Source: Clostridia bacterium (lineage in GTDB: Bacteria > Bacillota > Clostridia > Peptostreptococcales > Anaerovoracaceae). Taken from it: a stretch of 36,304 nucleotides of DNA. Positions 16,196 to 26,194 of the stretch are shown here, piece after piece (positions within the stretch are counted from its first letter, which is position 1; each line of letters begins with the position of its first letter). The notes beneath the pieces are model-generated. The model saw only the letters and a list, made by a program, of their open reading frames with translations. It made no database searches and was not told the origin of the DNA. Position numbers and translations under genes: made by a program. The stretch lies in assembly GCA_024403155.1 (NCBI GenBank), contig JAKSSH010000001.1, positions 1 through 36,304 on the forward strand, written 5' to 3'.

Positions 16196-17398
16196 TTATA
16201 ATCTGCCTTCTACGATATCTCTTGTATCTCTTGCGATCATGAGCTCTTCATTTGTAGGAATCAGCAGAAGCTTAACAGCTGAATCGTCTCTTGAGATGAT
16301 TGTCTCTCTGCCTCTTACTCTGTTCTTTACAACGTCAAGCTTGATTCCCAGGTTGCCAAGGTCATTGCAGATGATATCTCTCATACCTATGTCGTTTTCA
16401 CCAACGCCTGCTGTGAAGATGATAGCGTCGCAGCCATTCATTTCAGCAATGTATGCGCCAATGTAGAATCTTACCTTGTGAGCGAATACCTTCAGTGCCA
16501 GCTGAGCTCTTTCGTTTCCTTCTTCTGAAGCAGCCTCCAGATCTCTGAAGTCACTTGATACTCCGGAAATACCCAGTACTCCCGACTTCTTGTTCAGGAT
16601 TTCGTTTGCAACGCCCAGGTCCAGATTTTCACATTCTCTCATGTAAGTTACAATTGCAGGGTCGATATCGCCTGATCTTGTTCCCATTACCAGTCCTTCC
16701 AGAGGAGTGAATCCCATTGAAGTATCAATGCACTTGCCTCTCTTGATTGCTGATACTGATGCACCATTGCCCAGGTGGCATGTGATGAGCTTCAGGTCAT
16801 CAAGATTTACATTCAGAATGTCAGAAGCTCTTTCTGCTACATATCTGTGTGAAGTTCCGTGGAAACCATATCTTCTGATTCCATGTTTTTCATAGAATTC
16901 ATAAGGAATTGCGTAGATATATGATTCAGGAGGCATTGTCTGATGGAATGCTGTATCAAATACGCCAACCATTGGAGTTCCCGGCATAAGTTCCTGACAT
17001 GCTGCAATACCAAGGAGGTTTGGTGGGTTGTGCAGTGGTGCCAGTGAAGTACATTCTTCCAGAGCTTTGATTACGTCATTAGTGATAAGTACTGATCCTG
17101 CATACTTTTCGCCTGCATGAACAACTCTGTGCCCTACAGCGCCGATTTCGCTCATTTCCTTAACAACACCGTGCTCAGGATCCTGAATGGCATCCAGAAC
17201 GTGCCCGATAGCATCCTTGTGGTCTGCCATTGGAGTTTCAAGCTTGAACTTATCCATTCCAGTCTTTTCATGAGTGATGACTGAACCGTCCATTCCGATT
17301 CTTTCTACCAGACCTTTGCATTCAAGTACTTCATTTGCCATGTCCAGAACCTGGTACTTTAATGAAGAACTTCCGCAGTTAATAACTAATACTTTCAT
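16196..17398 (-). CDS. ackA: Acetate kinase
   Basis: [59 protein letters not shown]. Confidence 0.98.
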   Translation of the reverse strand: MKVLVINCGSSSLKYQVLDMANEVLECKGLVERIGMDGSVITHEKTGMDKFKLETPMADHKDAIGHVLDAIQDPEHGVVKEMSEIGAVGHRVVHAGEKYAGSVLITNDVIKALEECTSLAPLHNPPNLLGIAACQELMPGTPMVGVFDTAFHQTMPPESYIYAIPYEFYEKHGIRRYGFHGTSHRYVAERASDILNVNLDDLKLITCHLGNGASVSAIKRGKCIDTSMGFTPLEGLVMGTRSGDIDPAIVTYMRECENLDLGVANEILNKKSGVLGISGVSSDFRDLEAASEEGNERAQLALKVFAHKVRFYIGAYIAEMNGCDAIIFTAGVGENDIGMRDIICNDLGNLGIKLDVVKNRVRGRETIISRDDSAVKLLLIPTNEELMIARDTRDIVEGRL

Positions 17399-17447
17399 TT
17401 ATAGTTCCTCCTGTTAATATTTAATTAAACTCAATGAATTGATTATA

Positions 17448-18731
17448 TCACACTTCAATATAAGGTGTAACAACTTTATCGGAATATTCATACATGTCTC
17501 TTCCGAAAATAATGTTATATATATCCGTTGCCAGAATATCAAGCTGTGCCATGAGCTCAAGCTGTGAATCCTGGTTCTCATCAAGGAATTTATTGATATT
17601 CGTAATAACCGGTATAGTTGCTTTTTTCTCTTTCTTGATGGCCTTCATATACTCTCTGCCGCCTTCTCCTGCTGCCAGAACCCTGGCAAACAGCTTTGGT
17701 TCAAGCATATGGCCGTCTTTAGAAACACCGGAAAGAAGATCAGCACTCTTTCCTGTAAGGCCAAGAAGAATATACATCAGTATTCTTCTTATTGATGCGG
17801 AAGAATAGCGCTTGGATGTAAGTCTTTCAACAAAATCATCTAATGAAGAAGCCATAACGTTTTCTTTCTTGATCTTATTTTCAAGGCCCTCACCTATGCA
17901 ATACATATCTGTAAGCTCCGCAGCAGATTTCCTGGTGATGTCATATCTGAGAAGTTCAAATGTTGTTTTATATGCCTTCAGAATTCTGTCTCCTGGTGCT
18001 CCGCCTTCTGATAGTGCCCGGCGTACTTTTTCCGGCATGTACCTGGCTACTTCATCAAAATTCCTGTTTCTTATGAGTTTTCTGATTTCTGTAGATCCTG
18101 CAAACCCAAGAAGTGAATTTGATTCATTTATTCCTGATACATATCTCTGAACCGGGACAGCCTCAATATTGATTCCCTTTTCTCTAAGCTGAATAATGTT
18201 TTTTAGATATTCAACTGAAAGAATGTTATTCGGTCCCTCAAGAAGTTCTGATGCTTCTTTTCCGAGCAGTTCTTCTATTACTCTCTGATTTGCTTTTGCA
18301 CGGGAAATGCCCTCTTTCATGTGTTCAGCAATAAGTTCCTGGACTCTGTCCTTTTCCCTGATTGAAGTTTCTGCAATCTGTTGAAGTCCTTCCGGATTGT
18401 GTGTCTCACAGCCAAAGGAAATGTGCGAAACACCTATTCCCGCCAGAGTTCTTATGGCCCCCCTTGCGAAATGCTCTGCTCTATTGCACGCGAAAATAGT
18501 GGGGAGCTCAATGACCAGATCTGCATTACTTCTTTCGTCCGAGCCTGAATCCAGAACAACTCTGGCTCTTGCCCACTTGTCCATTATTGCAGGTTCGCCT
18601 CTCTGAACAAAATTTCCGCTCATGCAAATAACAGTGCAATCTGCTCCGGACAGTTCCTTGGCTTTTGCAATATGATAGAGGTGTCCACTATGTAACGGAT
18701 TATATTCTGCTATAATTCCTACTGCTTTCAT
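17448..18731 (-). CDS. tmcAL: tRNA(Met) cytidine acetate ligase (YlbM-like HIGH nucleotidyltransferase)
   Basis: GIIAEYNPLHSGH, MSGNFVQRGEPA, DLVIELP, PNNILSVEY, SKRYS; typical position next to ackA. Confidence 0.88.
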   Translation of the reverse strand: MKAVGIIAEYNPLHSGHLYHIAKAKELSGADCTVICMSGNFVQRGEPAIMDKWARARVVLDSGSDERSNADLVIELPTIFACNRAEHFARGAIRTLAGIGVSHISFGCETHNPEGLQQIAETSIREKDRVQELIAEHMKEGISRAKANQRVIEELLGKEASELLEGPNNILSVEYLKNIIQLREKGINIEAVPVQRYVSGINESNSLLGFAGSTEIRKLIRNRNFDEVARYMPEKVRRALSEGGAPGDRILKAYKTTFELLRYDITRKSAAELTDMYCIGEGLENKIKKENVMASSLDDFVERLTSKRYSSASIRRILMYILLGLTGKSADLLSGVSKDGHMLEPKLFARVLAAGEGGREYMKAIKKEKKATIPVITNINKFLDENQDSQLELMAQLDILATDIYNIIFGRDMYEYSDKVVTPYIEV

Positions 18732-18748
18732 TATTTATCTTCTTCCAC

Positions 18749-18776
18749 AAAAAAAGGGCTGCCAGAGGCAAGCCCT
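18749..18776 (-). terminator. Intrinsic terminator after the coaD-coiled-coil gene pair
   Basis: AGGGCT-T-GCC/GGC-AGCCCT stem followed by a U run. Confidence 0.75.
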
Positions 18777-18785
18777 AAAATAATC

Positions 18786-19361
18786 TTATTTTAATTCTCC
18801 ATTCATGTCAGGAAGTGGTGAGAACTCCGGTTTACTCTCTGCATCCATCTGTGCTCTATATGCCATGTCCTGAAGCTCGTCTCTGTTGGCTGCCAGTGCT
18901 GAGTTGATGTCTTCAAATGCTTTTTCAATGCTTGTAAACATTTCTCCGAAATAGATTGAACTAAGGTGTTCCATCTTGCCCTGGAAGTTATAAAGAATTC
19001 CGTCAAGATATTCATATGTTCCAATCTTCAGCTGTTTTGCAGTATCTTCTGTAACTGTCATCAGTTCATCAGCTCTCAGTTTGGATTTAACAGTGATGTC
19101 ATTGTTCTCAACCAGAGCATCAGCCTGCTTCTGAGCATCTTCGATTACTGCTTCGTACTGCTGTTTAGCTTCTGCAATGATTCTTTCTCTTTCATTCTTA
19201 ATCCACTGTGCCTGCTGGATTTCATCAGGAAGTTCAGATCTGATTTCTCTGACGATTTCCAGAAGCTCTTCTGAATCGATCATGATTTTGCCTGTAAGAG
19301 GAAAACCTGCCGCAGTATCAACTATTTCTTCAATTTCTTCTAATAATTCTAAAACCCTCAT
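18786..19361 (-). CDS. Conserved coiled-coil protein of the DivIVA/ATP synthase b-like type found downstream of coaD
   Basis: LLEEIEEIV...PLTGK...ELPDEIQQAQWIKNERERIIAEA pattern and coaD adjacency; function unknown. Confidence 0.7.
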   Translation of the reverse strand: MRVLELLEEIEEIVDTAAGFPLTGKIMIDSEELLEIVREIRSELPDEIQQAQWIKNERERIIAEAKQQYEAVIEDAQKQADALVENNDITVKSKLRADELMTVTEDTAKQLKIGTYEYLDGILYNFQGKMEHLSSIYFGEMFTSIEKAFEDINSALAANRDELQDMAYRAQMDAESKPEFSPLPDMNGELK

Positions 19362-19384
19362 TGCGTCCTCCTAACAAAAAGTGT

Positions 19385-19858
19385 TTATTTTGACATTCTT
19401 CCTAATATTTCATCCGGAACCAGACCCTTAATGTCTCCGCCCAGTGAACTCACTTCCTTAACCATGGTTGAGCTTATGAATGAGTATCTCGGGTCAGTCA
19501 TGAGAAAAACAGTTTCAACTTTTTCATTAAACAGTCTGGCATTCATCTGCGCCATCTGTATTTCATAATCGAAATCCGTAGTGCCCCTGAGGCCTCTGAC
19601 AACCACATTGTAGCCACCATCATTTACAAAATCAGCCAGCAGTCCGCTGAAATGATCAACCCTCACATTGTGCAGTCCTGCCAGAGCTTCCTTTATCATG
19701 TCTTCTCTTTCAGAAAGTGAAAACATGGTCTTTTTCTGGGGGTTATCTATGACACCCACTGTAACCTCATCGTACAGCTTGGCTACCCTTTCAATAATAT
19801 TCATATGACCCATTGTTAGCGGATCAAATGAACCTGAATATAGAGCTTTTGTTTTCAT
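19385..19858 (-). CDS. coaD: Phosphopantetheine adenylyltransferase
   Basis: YSGSFDPLTMGH, VVRGLR, DFDYE, ISSTMVKE; SD GGAGG supports ATG 19858. Confidence 0.97.
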   Translation of the reverse strand: MKTKALYSGSFDPLTMGHMNIIERVAKLYDEVTVGVIDNPQKKTMFSLSEREDMIKEALAGLHNVRVDHFSGLLADFVNDGGYNVVVRGLRGTTDFDYEIQMAQMNARLFNEKVETVFLMTDPRYSFISSTMVKEVSSLGGDIKGLVPDEILGRMSK

Positions 19859-19885
19859 AGAAATTCCTCCCATAATCCTTAGTGA

Positions 19886-19914
19886 ATTTTATCATATATT
19901 TTTTTCTAAAGCAA
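19886..19914 (-). promoter_or_regulatory. Internal sigma-A promoter for coaD
   Basis: TTGCTT, 17 bp ending in TGA, then TAAAAT (extended -10). Confidence 0.6.
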
Positions 19915-20481
19915 CTATATATTGTTGTAAATGGACAGTGTAACCACTCCATATCGTCTTTCTTTGGTTTTCTCAAAACCAAAGAGCTTTTCTGGAAGAA
20001 TTTCTTCTTTTCTGTGCTCTGCAACTATGACACCTTCATCTGCCAGAACATTGCCCTCTCTTATGAGCTGAAACGCATCTTCCAGAAGGCCCTTATTGTA
20101 TGGCGGATCAAGGAAAATGATATCAAAAGGCTCCTGGAGACCATCTTCTATGCGATCAGCCAGGTTCTTTAATACTTTCTTGTATTCCCCTGCCATGAGT
20201 CTTGTTTTTTCTTCAACCCTGCAGTGCTCAAGGTTTTCCTTTACCAGTGACAGACTCTTTCTTGAATTGTCGCAGAATACACAGTACTGAGCACCTCTGC
20301 TGAGTGCTTCAATGCCTAGGCTGCCGGTTCCTGCAAACAGATCCAGAACATTGCTTCCGTACACCTCATTTGCAATGATACTGAACAGAGCTTCCTTGGC
20401 TTTGTCAGATGTAGGCCTGATATCATAATCAGAAGGTGTATTAAGCTTTCTTCCCTTGTATTTTCCTGTAATTACTCTCAT
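19915..20481 (-). CDS. rsmD: 16S rRNA m2G966 methyltransferase
   Basis: MRVITGKYKGRKL, RPTSDKAKEALF, LDLFAGTGSLGIEALSRGA, FLDPPY. Confidence 0.96.
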   Translation of the reverse strand: MRVITGKYKGRKLNTPSDYDIRPTSDKAKEALFSIIANEVYGSNVLDLFAGTGSLGIEALSRGAQYCVFCDNSRKSLSLVKENLEHCRVEEKTRLMAGEYKKVLKNLADRIEDGLQEPFDIIFLDPPYNKGLLEDAFQLIREGNVLADEGVIVAEHRKEEILPEKLFGFEKTKERRYGVVTLSIYNNI

Positions 20482-20490
20482 ATCTCTACC

Positions 20491-22527
20491 TCACAGATTC
20501 AGCGAAAAATCTTCGCCGAACAATTTGATTATTCTTCTCTTTAATGGCTGGTTTTCTTCTTTTTCCATACCCGAATCTTCTTCCAGTAACCTTCTGGCTT
20601 CATCTCTGGCATCTGCCAGAACATTAAGGTGTCTTGCCATGTCTGCCAGTTTCATGTCCGGCAGTCCGTGCTGGCGGGTACCGAATATTTCTCCCGGCCC
20701 TCTAATTTTAAGGTCTTCTTCTGCAATATAAAAGCCATCGGTGGAATTTGTCATTATTTCTCCGCGTTTTAATGCCAGCTCGCTCTCGTTTCCTATAAGA
20801 AGATAGCAGTATGACTGATGAACACCGCGACCTACTCTTCCCCTTAACTGATGCATCTGAGCCAGACCGAATCTCTCGGCATTCTCAATTACCATAACCG
20901 TTGCATTGGGAACATTAATGCCCACTTCAATTAGAACTGTGGCCACCAGAATGTCGATTTTACCATCATTGAATTTTGCCATGATTTCATCCTTTTCGGA
21001 CTGTTTCATTGCTCCGTGAATCAGTGCAGTTTTCTCAAAACGCTTACGCAGTTCCTCGTAAACCTCCTGGGCTGATTTTGCATCCATGGCCTCTGACTGG
21101 TCAATAAGTGGTGTAACTACATAAATCTGGTGTCCCTGCCTGATCTGCCTCTCAACAAAATCATAGCATGCTTTTCGTCCGGAGTCATCAGATGTGCATA
21201 TTGTTTTTACAGGCTGGCGGCCCGGCGGCATTTCATCAATAACGGAAACATCCATGTCTCCATAAAGAACTACAGCCAGTGTTCTTGGAATCGGTGTTGC
21301 GGTCATAACCAGAACATTAGGATTCTCTCCTTTTTCTTTAAGCCTGATTCTCTGATTAACGCCGAATCGATGCTGTTCGTCGGTTATTACAAGCCCCAGT
21401 TTCGCAAACTCAACCTCAGGCTGAATAACTGCATGGGTACCAACAAGAATGTCTATATCTCCTGCAGCAAGTTTCTCCAGTACTTCTCTCTTTTCTCCGG
21501 TCTTCATGCTTCCTGTAAGGAATCCGACATTCATTCCGAATTTGGAGAAGCTTTCTTTGAATCCTGCAAAATGCTGACTTGCCAGTATTTCAGTTGGAGC
21601 CATCATTACAGCCTGCCATCCGCTTTTTACAGCCTTGTAAATGGCTATTTCGGCTACTGCGGTCTTTCCAGAGCCAACATCACCCTGCAGAAGCCTGTTC
21701 ATCATCTTCCGGCCTTCAAGGTCACTTATAATCTCATCTGTAACCCTCCGCTGTGCCTTTGTAAGAGGATAAGGCATGGCGTCAATGTATTCCTGTTCAG
21801 CGCCTTTAATACTGCAGCATGCTCCCGGACCTGTATTCTTCTGATCTGCTTTTGACATCTGCAGACCGGCCTGCAAAACCAGAAATTCCTCAAACACCAT
21901 TCTGTATTTGCTTTGAAGAAATTTCTCTCTGTCCTGCGGAAAGTGAAGATTTTCCAATGCAAATTCAAGATTGCATAGTTTGTTTTTTTCTATTGTTGCA
22001 TTCGAAAGGATGTTGTCTGCTTTTGCATATAATGGCTTTAGCTTAGTCTGAAGACGTCGCATTTCTCTCTGGCTTATGCCTCTGGTGAGCGGATATATTG
22101 GGATGATGCCTGTCTGTGCGTTATCTGTTTTCTCGAACTGCGGATGAATTACCTGAAGCCTTTCATTGTTCATCTGCGGCTTTCCGAAGAAAGTAAGTAC
22201 GTCACCAATATGAACAGTCTTTGCCAGATAAGCTGCATTAAAAAATACAACCTCAATAGAGCCTGTATCATCAGATATAAGCATTTTAACGACCCGTCTG
22301 CCCTTTCCCTTGAGACCGCCCGGTCTGATAATGTCAACCGTTCCACTGAAAACCGCATCTTCTTCCGGTTCCAACTGACTAATTGTACGCACATTTCTCC
22401 TGTCTTCATAGATGCGGGGAAATGTAAAAATCAGATCCTCAAGAGTTTCTATACCCAGACGTGAAAAGCATTCCGCTTTCTTGGGTCCAATGCCTTTTAT
22501 GCTTGTTAAGCTATCTCTCAGTTCCAT
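20491..22527 (-). CDS. recG: ATP-dependent DNA helicase RecG
   Basis: LLQGDVGSGKT, DEQHRFG, MTATPIPRTL, QMHQLRGRVGRG, RGPGE. Confidence 0.98.
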   Translation of the reverse strand: MELRDSLTSIKGIGPKKAECFSRLGIETLEDLIFTFPRIYEDRRNVRTISQLEPEEDAVFSGTVDIIRPGGLKGKGRRVVKMLISDDTGSIEVVFFNAAYLAKTVHIGDVLTFFGKPQMNNERLQVIHPQFEKTDNAQTGIIPIYPLTRGISQREMRRLQTKLKPLYAKADNILSNATIEKNKLCNLEFALENLHFPQDREKFLQSKYRMVFEEFLVLQAGLQMSKADQKNTGPGACCSIKGAEQEYIDAMPYPLTKAQRRVTDEIISDLEGRKMMNRLLQGDVGSGKTAVAEIAIYKAVKSGWQAVMMAPTEILASQHFAGFKESFSKFGMNVGFLTGSMKTGEKREVLEKLAAGDIDILVGTHAVIQPEVEFAKLGLVITDEQHRFGVNQRIRLKEKGENPNVLVMTATPIPRTLAVVLYGDMDVSVIDEMPPGRQPVKTICTSDDSGRKACYDFVERQIRQGHQIYVVTPLIDQSEAMDAKSAQEVYEELRKRFEKTALIHGAMKQSEKDEIMAKFNDGKIDILVATVLIEVGINVPNATVMVIENAERFGLAQMHQLRGRVGRGVHQSYCYLLIGNESELALKRGEIMTNSTDGFYIAEEDLKIRGPGEIFGTRQHGLPDMKLADMARHLNVLADARDEARRLLEEDSGMEKEENQPLKRRIIKLFGEDFSLNL

Positions 22528-22529
22528 CC

Positions 22530-22904
22530 CTATACCTCGGCGTCTGTAAACTCAATATGCCTTCTTGCTATTTCGTTAGACTGAACACCTGTAACAATTA
22601 TCCTAACTACGTTAGGTTTTTCTCCCATAACCTTTTCCACGTTTTCATTAATATATTTAATCATTGATCTGGCGCAGTTTGAAATGCTGGCACCGAATCT
22701 GATTACGACAAAAACATCGATGCTCACGCCGTCTTCTGTTTCCTTAAAGATAACATTGCTTCCCGGCATGACGCTCTTGTATTTGCCTTTATAATTCTGC
22801 ACAGTAACTTTGCCGTCTGACTTCTCAGCGGCATCATCTACAATCTTCAGTATGACGTTTCTTGAAAAACGTATATCTCCAAGTTCTGTTTTTTTCTCAA
22901 GCAT
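22530..22904 (-). CDS. Asp23/Gls24-family protein (YloU-like)
   Basis: LGDIRFS...IDVFVVIRFGASI...V.IIVTGV pattern; sits between rpmB and recG. Confidence 0.8.
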   Translation of the reverse strand: MLEKKTELGDIRFSRNVILKIVDDAAEKSDGKVTVQNYKGKYKSVMPGSNVIFKETEDGVSIDVFVVIRFGASISNCARSMIKYINENVEKVMGEKPNVVRIIVTGVQSNEIARRHIEFTDAEV

Positions 22905-22910
22905 GAATTT

Positions 22911-22919
22911 ATTATAACA
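22911..22919 (-). promoter_or_regulatory. Extended -10 promoter for asp23-recG-rsmD, probably leaderless
   Basis: TGTTATAAT then 6 nt to the ATG at 22904; no SD. Confidence 0.65.
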
Positions 22920-22920
22920 T

Positions 22921-22948
22921 AATAAAACACTCGCTGATAGCGAGTGTT
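22921..22948 (-). terminator. Intrinsic terminator after rpmB
   Basis: AACACTCGCT-ATC-AGCGAGTGTT followed by TTATT. Confidence 0.8.
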
Positions 22949-22963
22949 AAGTCCAGAATAAAA

Positions 22964-23155
22964 TTAGATGGCACGTTCAACTTTGCCTGATCTGAGGCAT
23001 CTAGTGCATACCTTGGCTTTTCTTACTGTTCCATTGTCATTAATTCTTACAGTCTGGATATTTGCATTCCACTTTCTTCTAGTGTGTCTGTTTGAGTGGG
23101 ATACATTATTACCGGAAACCTGTCCTTTTCCGCAAATTTCGCACTTGTTTGACAT
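22964..23155 (-). CDS. rpmB: 50S ribosomal protein L28 (Zn-ribbon form)
   Basis: MSNKCEICGK...GNNVSHSNRHTRRKWNANIQ...VCTRCLRS; SD AAGGAGGTG. Confidence 0.97.
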   Translation of the reverse strand: MSNKCEICGKGQVSGNNVSHSNRHTRRKWNANIQTVRINDNGTVRKAKVCTRCLRSGKVERAI

Positions 23156-23222
23156 TTGCCGCACCTCCTTGTTTTATTTGTATAGTAATGCGTTTCGCAT
23201 AATTTCAACTCGAACATTAGAG

Positions 23223-23252
23223 ATTATAGCACATAGATATAGGCTAATGCAA
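23223..23252 (-). promoter_or_regulatory. Sigma-A promoter for rpmB
   Basis: TTGCAT, 18 bp ending in TGC, then TATAAT. Confidence 0.65.
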
Positions 23253-23263
23253 GAAGTATTTTA

Positions 23264-23773
23264 TTATCCTTCAAACAGGACAATTCTGCCTTCCTCTCTT
23301 GTCTTGTTCATGTCGATAACTCTCTGATTACTGCTTCCTCTAAACTGTAATGTAAGATCCCTTTTTGACTGGACGAACGGGCCGTCAATAAGCACATCAC
23401 ACATCATGAGAAGCTCTGCTGTTGCCTTGCTTTCCTTTGCCCTTGCAAGAAGCTGCTCAAGGGTGTATCCACTGAAAATGGTAATGGTCTTGCCTCGTTC
23501 TTTTACCAGTTTGCCAAGAACAGCAAATCCATCAGGCTGACACATCGGTTCCCCGCCGGAAAAAGTAATTCCAGCCAGCATTGGGTTTTTATCAAATTCT
23601 TCTATGATTCTGTCTATTTTAACTTCGCTGCCGCCGTTGAAATCATGAGTCTCGGGATTATGGCATCCCGGGCAAGCGTGCGGACAGCCCTGACAAAAGA
23701 CTGCAAATCTAATGCCCGGGCCGTCAACGATTGATTCCCTCATTATTCCGGCGATTCTTAATGAATCTGCCAT
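23264..23773 (-). CDS. nrdG: Anaerobic ribonucleotide reductase activating protein
   Basis: ESIVDGPGIR, QGCPHACPGCHN, TFSGGEP, IDGPF, FRGSSNQR. Confidence 0.97.
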   Translation of the reverse strand: MADSLRIAGIMRESIVDGPGIRFAVFCQGCPHACPGCHNPETHDFNGGSEVKIDRIIEEFDKNPMLAGITFSGGEPMCQPDGFAVLGKLVKERGKTITIFSGYTLEQLLARAKESKATAELLMMCDVLIDGPFVQSKRDLTLQFRGSSNQRVIDMNKTREEGRIVLFEG

Positions 23774-23791
23774 GGTAATTCTCCTGTCTTC

Positions 23792-26146
23792 TTACTGGAG
23801 CTGCTCCATTTCACCTTCATCCCCAAGAGAATGCTTTACTCTATCCTTTTCTTCAGCTGTCTTGGCATCGTTCCAGTGATCCATTGTGCCTACCAGATAT
23901 CCTGTGATACGTCTGATTCTTTCAAATCCCATATCATCTGATCCCTCTACTCTTCCGCAGCAAGGACACTCATTATCGATAATTCCTGTATATCCGCAAA
24001 CAGGGTCTCTATCTACAGGGTGGTTAATTGAACCGTAACCGATGCCATTTTCCTTCATACAGCGAACTACCTGTTCAAACGCATCCAGATTCTTTGTAGG
24101 ATCTCCATCAAGTTCAATATAGCTGATGTGACCTGCATTTGTCAGTGTGTGATAAGGTGCTTCTCTTCTGATCTTTTCAAAAGCATTAATGTTGTAGTAT
24201 ACAGGAACATGGAATGAGTTAGTGTAGTATTCTCTGTCGGTAACGCCTTCGATTACTCCATACTTAGCTCTGTCAATTCTTACGAAACGACCTGAAAGTC
24301 CTTCTGCAGGTGTTGCCAGAAGTGTGTAGTTGAAGCCTGTCTTCTTTGACTGATCGTCCAGTTTCTTTCTCATGAAACCGATGATTTCAAGACCCATTGT
24401 CTGAGCTTCTTCACTTTCACCATGATGCGCTCCAATCAGTGCCTTCAGACATTCAGCCAGCCCGATAAATCCAACACTGAGAGTACCATGCTTCAGCACT
24501 TCTCCTACTGTATCGTCTTCTGAAAGCTTTTCTGAATCAAGCCATACCCCTTGTCCCATCAGGAATGGATAGTTTCTAACCTTCTTGGAGGCCTGTATCT
24601 TGTATCTTTCCATGAGCTGATCCATGGCAAGATCAATCTTGCGATCCAGTTCCTCGAAGAACCAGTCAATGTCACCGTGTGACTTGATGGCGATTCTTGG
24701 CAGGTTAACTGAAGTGAATGAAAGATTGCCTCTTCCGCCTACTACCTGTCTTGAAGGGTCATAAATGTTTCCGATTACTCTTGTTCTGCAGCCCATGTAT
24801 GCTACTTCTGTATTTGGATCGCCTTCCTTGTAGAACTGAAGGTTGAAAGGTGCATCAATAAATGCGAAGTTAGGGAACAGCCTCTTGGCTGAAACCTTCA
24901 TTGCCAGTTTGAACATGTCATAGTTAGGATCCCCCGGATTATAGTTCAGGCCTTCCTTAACCTTGAAAATGCTTACTGGGAATATAGCCGTTTCTCCATT
25001 ACCAAGTCCTGCTTCAATTGAAAGCAGAATGTTCTTGATAACCAGTCTTCCTTCCGGGGAAGTATCTGTTCCGAAGTTGATTGATGAGAATGGAACCTGA
25101 GCACCTGCTCTGGAATGCATTGTATTAAGATTGTGAACAAATGCTTCCATTGCCTGGTAAGTAGCTCTGTCAACTTCTTCATTGGCATACTTGGTAGCCT
25201 TTTTCTGAATTGTAGTAATATATTTAGGATTAATGAGTTCCTTAAGATATTCTTTTTCTACGTCCTTGTATCCGTTGTCATCAGCCAGTGTTGGGAAGAC
25301 ATCCTTCTCTTCCATAATCTTCTTGCCGATTTCCTTAACCTTTTCTACGCCGTCTTCAACGTCAAACAGCAGGTTAAGCATTTTTCCTACATTTGTCCAG
25401 TACAGCTTTCTGTAAGTCTTCTTTACGCCATTAGCCATACCGTAGTCAAAGTCTGCAATACTCTGTCCACCGTGCTGGTCATTCTGGTTTGACTGGATAG
25501 CAATACATGCCAGAGCTGAATAGCTCTGAATGTCGTTAGGTTCTCTAAGGTGTCCGTGACCTGTTGAGAAACCACCTTTGAATAGTTTTTCTATATCAAT
25601 CTGACAACAAGTTGTTGTAAGAGTCAGGAAGTCCATGTCATGAATGTGAATGTCGCCTTCTCTGTGAGCTCTGGCATGCTCTGGTTTAAGAACGAACATT
25701 TCATAGAACTGTTTAGCTCCTTCTGAACCATATTTAAGCATTGTACCCATGGCTGTATCACCATCGATATTGGCGTTTTCACGTTTAGTATCGTTATCCT
25801 TGGCATCCTTAAAAGTAAGATCCTCATAAGTCTTCATAAGCCTTGTGTTCATGTCTCTTACTCTTGTTCTCTCAGCCCTGTAAAGGATGAACTCCTTAGC
25901 TGTTCTGGCATGTCCGTTTTCAATAAGGACCTTTTCTACAGCATCCTGTATCTGTTCAACTGTAGGAATTTCATTATGGCAAACCTCTGTAAGGTATAAT
26001 TCGACCTGCTTTGCCAGATAATTAGCAGTGTCTCTGTTCTGGCCGCCCAATACTTCTGCAGCCTTATAGATGGCGTCTGAAATCTTAATAATGTCAAAGT
26101 CTACGGTTCTGCCATCTCTTTTGATGATTTGTCTGATTTCACTCAT
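23792..26146 (-). CDS. nrdD: Class III anaerobic ribonucleoside-triphosphate reductase with N-terminal ATP cone
   Basis: IIKRDGR ATP cone, TTCCQ, MGCRT, ATPAEGL, YYTNSFH, RITGYL glycyl radical motif; SD GAGGGAG supports ATG 26146. Confidence 0.97.
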   Translation of the reverse strand: MSEIRQIIKRDGRTVDFDIIKISDAIYKAAEVLGGQNRDTANYLAKQVELYLTEVCHNEIPTVEQIQDAVEKVLIENGHARTAKEFILYRAERTRVRDMNTRLMKTYEDLTFKDAKDNDTKRENANIDGDTAMGTMLKYGSEGAKQFYEMFVLKPEHARAHREGDIHIHDMDFLTLTTTCCQIDIEKLFKGGFSTGHGHLREPNDIQSYSALACIAIQSNQNDQHGGQSIADFDYGMANGVKKTYRKLYWTNVGKMLNLLFDVEDGVEKVKEIGKKIMEEKDVFPTLADDNGYKDVEKEYLKELINPKYITTIQKKATKYANEEVDRATYQAMEAFVHNLNTMHSRAGAQVPFSSINFGTDTSPEGRLVIKNILLSIEAGLGNGETAIFPVSIFKVKEGLNYNPGDPNYDMFKLAMKVSAKRLFPNFAFIDAPFNLQFYKEGDPNTEVAYMGCRTRVIGNIYDPSRQVVGGRGNLSFTSVNLPRIAIKSHGDIDWFFEELDRKIDLAMDQLMERYKIQASKKVRNYPFLMGQGVWLDSEKLSEDDTVGEVLKHGTLSVGFIGLAECLKALIGAHHGESEEAQTMGLEIIGFMRKKLDDQSKKTGFNYTLLATPAEGLSGRFVRIDRAKYGVIEGVTDREYYTNSFHVPVYYNINAFEKIRREAPYHTLTNAGHISYIELDGDPTKNLDAFEQVVRCMKENGIGYGSINHPVDRDPVCGYTGIIDNECPCCGRVEGSDDMGFERIRRITGYLVGTMDHWNDAKTAEEKDRVKHSLGDEGEMEQLQ

Positions 26147-26157
26147 GATTTTCTCCC

Positions 26158-26173
26158 TCACTAGATATTGTGG
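26158..26173. promoter_or_regulatory. NrdR box (proximal)
   Basis: TCACTAGATATTGTGG resembles the acaCwAtATaTwGtgt NrdR consensus; directly upstream of the nrdD SD. Confidence 0.8.
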
Positions 26174-26194
26174 TTATTTTCGCGTTCATTGAAA

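Noticed and set aside
23955-24015. NrdD Zn site reading DPVC instead of CxxC
   Set aside because: As I recall, DRDPVCG is a common variant in Clostridial NrdD; other catalytic motifs and nrdG are intact.
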